A stretch of DNA of 64,000 nt from Macrostomum hystrix (lineage: Eukaryota > Animalia > Platyhelminthes). Positions 60,499 through 64,000 of this stretch are shown here, one piece after another (the stretch's first letter is position 1; every line of letters begins with the position of its first letter). The notes beneath the pieces were generated by a model. The model searched no databases and was not told the DNA's origin. It saw only the letters and a program-made list of their open reading frames with translations. The position numbers were made by a program, and so were the translations under genes. The stretch spans positions 11,222,001 to 11,286,000 of the forward strand of contig CATNEN010000039.1 of the NCBI GenBank assembly GCA_950097015.1. The letters are read 5' to 3'.

Positions 60499-63400
60499 TC
60501 CAGTGCCTTTAGGTTCTTAATTAGCAATGTTGCTTTAGACTCTAAAATTGCGAAAAAGCACCAAAATTTAAAGTTGTTATTGGAAAAAAATCTCTACCGA
60601 AGGTGCTCTAGAAAGAAGAACTGGCCCTACTATGAGGCGGTCTTAGCATTCGTGCTTTGTCCCTCTAGTATCTTCTCGCGTCTCAAAGCTCTAGGACCTA
60701 TCCTGTGATAACCAATCAGATTTCACCTCAGTAGAATATGCAGCTCTTGATATAAGCGAGATCTGAGGTTGTCAATCACTGATAACGCTCGAATTATATA
60801 ATTAAGCTCAAGGCCTGGACGAAATTCTGCCCGAATCTTTCGAGTATAGCTAAAACATATACATACAGTCTACTTGGCATTGCGACCAACGCTTAACTGA
60901 GCCTACAAAATTTGAATATATCAGTTAGGGTCCAGGGCCGGTATAGGACTCGATTTCCTCTCTCTGTCTCTCCTCTTGTCTAGAAGCATGTAATTTTAAC
61001 TGAATTCACTTCTGCACTCACAACCATAAGACAGAAGTGATCCTACTGAGATCCTATGACTAGATAGGCTAATAGTGGGACACGCTTCTTAACTTATCCA
61101 CTCTTGATTCCAAGCTCATGAGAGCTAGCTAGCTACTGCTCAACCCAACCATACCAATAAACTCACTACAATGAGTTCGAGCACTAGGCAACTATATAGT
61201 ACCACATTTACACTCGTCACATCTCATCATGCTGCTGACACAGTGACGCGAAAGGCGTCCTTCTGCTTTGACACTTTAAATACCATTTTATGCCAGTTTC
61301 TCAGTTACTACATAGATTTTAAGCGAACCGTTTCTGAACAGACAACACAGTCAGGCGCATTGTACACAAAAGCTTTGTCTGCCCTTCCATTCCGTAGCGA
61401 CTCAGGCCACTCAGTTCTTTAGCAGCATTAAAACACACAAGGCAGCAGTGAGTTCCAAGGGAAAGTTCCTAAGTCGCTATACACAATTCTATAAGCAAGG
61501 ACAGCTGGCAGGGAGCGGGAGGCGACTGCATGCGCGCCCTCAGAGAACCCGTGCGACTAGCTAAATAAGCCCGGCCCTTGTCCTCAGAAGGTGACCCCGT
61601 TAATAGTGAGGCTTCTTAGCTAGCGACACTTCATTGTTTGAAACATTCTATTGGTCAGTCGGATTAGAATCACTACTATATTATATTATATTATACTACA
61701 GCTAGCTGTTTTGTTGCTAGTTTTTTTACCGAATTTATGATAGCTAATAAAAATTCACATAATAGACAAATTATTGCGTCACTTACCGACTTCTGTGAAT
61801 GATTGAATTGCTAAGCAACTCTTAATCAGACGATCTTGCCGATAGAATAAGCGCGGCTTTATACTATCTAGGTCAGGATAGTAGAGCTGTACCTGCGTCT
61901 GTATATAGAATTTTATTGGCGAACTCGACTGTGGCACAGAGAAGAGAAGCGAGCGAGCGTAACCTAGTGGGAACGACAGGAGCGAGAACGAGAGAGACTC
62001 CTCGCAACGACGGGATATATGTAGAGCGCCTCGAATGGACTGTACAGTCTCCGTCTAACGGGCTTCCCCGCAATTTCATTGGCCCCCCAGAGTGACACAG
62101 TGAGAGACGGATGGGGCAGTGGGGAAGGCTTTTATCTGAGGGGGGCGTGACACACCGAGAAAAACCGGATAGAACCGGGTGGGGGTTTCCCTCTCAGACG
62201 ATCTCCAACCCTTTCATCCAATCCCCTAGTTTTCTTTCGCTTTTTTGCTCAGCCTAGATCTCCACACGCTTGCAGCTCTTCCTACGTGGGCCCATAGGAC
62301 TTGCTGCACTGTGACCCAGCGTACAGCCTGTAGAATGCGTAATCGTTGGAGAGGCCCAACTGAAACGTTGGGGGGAAGAAAGATGAATATACGAGAAGAC
62401 CAGCATGTACAGTACCGTGAAATTGGTTGCCCACCCTAAGGAGGGAGGAAGAACACGCGCACAATGTGCCAGACTAAATAATGGAGGGCATTCCCTCGAC
62501 CTTGCTGCTGCTCACCCGCCCACACACAACACAAATAAAATGACGAAACTGCATTTTATTCTGGCATGGACAGGCAGACTGTGAAACAGGAGGCCACAAT
62601 GAAGGTAAATTTGTTCCCTTCAAATTAAAAAAGGAATTAACGTGGCACAAAGGCGGGATTGCTATAGAAAGGTGAAAACCATTGAGGGTCATAACATGTA
62701 GCGATAACAAACAAAAAAACGATTCAGAAGAAATCCGGTTTAGTATTGAAATCCGGTTTTGGACTTTTTTGGAAATCGGTGGGTAGTAGACAAGAGACAG
62801 ACATAAATGCAAATTTATGATAATAAAATAAGCACGTACATTTCGTCTTTTTGTTTTCGATTCACCGCAATCGTGATATACCCCATTCTACCTTTCGGAC
62901 GATAGCTACATTTCAAGGCTCCAGTGCAACCAAGCAAAGAAGCACTTGTAAAAGGAACCAGAGGGTTTAATTTCTCAAGCAACTCGCACTGGATTCGATA
63001 TATATGCAGGTAGCCGACAGAAAAAGAGGAGAAATTCAAGAAACATAAATATCTTGGTTGGTTTTCACCGAAAGATTAAAGCCCCACAATTAGGCGAGTA
63101 AAAAGGACGGCTTAGATCCCTCTCCCCACACCCACTGTATTTTGAGCTCATCAACAGCGTTCTTCCTATCCTTCTTCCACCCGATCCCTAAAAACGCCCT
63201 CCCAGAGTTTCTATCCAAAGACGATCACAAAGTCGACTGTCGCTCGCGTGCGAGTATCGTAAACAGGGGCTGATCTATTTTTAGCCTGTTCAATCTACTT
63301 GATAGAGAGGGAGAAAGGGGACAAAGTCCATGGGGAGTCTAGCTGGGGGCAGGGGAATGTCATACTTTCATCTTGCTTTTTGCTTTACTCCAGTCTAGTA

Positions 63401-64000
63401 CACATGGGAATCTGGGATAAAACTCTCCGCACATCCCCATTTATGCTTTGGTCAGAAGAAGGGTCTCTCCTGGTGCGCACGCGAGAGAGAAGAGCTTATA
63501 ATGAAAGCTTTACTTCCTGCAGTGAATGAAGCGTTCAGATTGAAAGACGGTCTACAACCAGAGCCTATTCGGTAGCAATCGTACTCTTGTCCAGCCATCA
63601 GAGGCAATCAACTCGCTTCTTGAGCTGGACGGCTTTTTGAAAACCTTTTCGAACAATTTATAAGTTTTTAACAAAAAAATTAATTTTAGAACTAAATTAG
63701 GACTGTATATACCTTTTTGCGTACTAGTTGACGAAAAGTTATAATTTTAGACTGTCGACTTTTCGACGTAGTAGCAATCAATTTAAACAAAACTTCAACC
63801 AATTCGGATAAACCATTGAGATCAATACATAAAATCTATAGATGCCATACAAAGATGTCCAAGGCTAAACAGTACATATTTCAATCCCGAAAGTTTCTAC
63901 CATAGACTATGAAAAGAGCGTGGTCATTTTAACTTGCACTCCTCTAAACGTCTGACCTTGATCTCAGACAGCAAAAAACAAATTTAACTACGATTTTGTA

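Noticed and set aside
60500-64000. Short ORFs upstream of the SLC7 gene
   Set aside because: No motifs or coding-like composition; probably 5' UTR intron or intergenic DNA.

Overview
Eukaryotic (animal) genomic DNA with spliced genes, GC/Ala-rich exons, and introns full of minisatellites and SINEs. The style suggests a free-living flatworm such as Macrostomum, but this is inference only. Genes in order: 3' part of a BLTP3/UHRF1BP1(L)-like gene, a divergent 7TM GPCR, a secreted WSC+PAN gene, an intronless class I/II PLP aminotransferase, a frameshifted GPCR, a decayed TRPV-like channel, a PEF-less calpain, RalGPS, a CNG channel with an unusual pore, a FANCA homolog that seems to stop after the N-terminal half, and an intronless SLC7/LAT transporter. 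The most interesting object is a full-length 6.4-kb LOA-type LINE (12285-18652, minus strand, 14-bp TSD) inserted in the WSC exon. Its first base is G1 of a hand-foldable HDV-like ribozyme with a very large structured J1/2 insert. That is followed by an array of 97-98-bp structured monomers with compensatory changes. Its 3' UTR fold is shared, with covariation, by a tRNA-derived SINE family present in at least 6 copies in this window, pointing to a LINE/SINE partner system. A hAT-Charlie-like MITE also appears to be the seed of the (GAGATGAGACAGGGGA)n minisatellites. All protein family calls come from motif recognition by eye; no database search was run.
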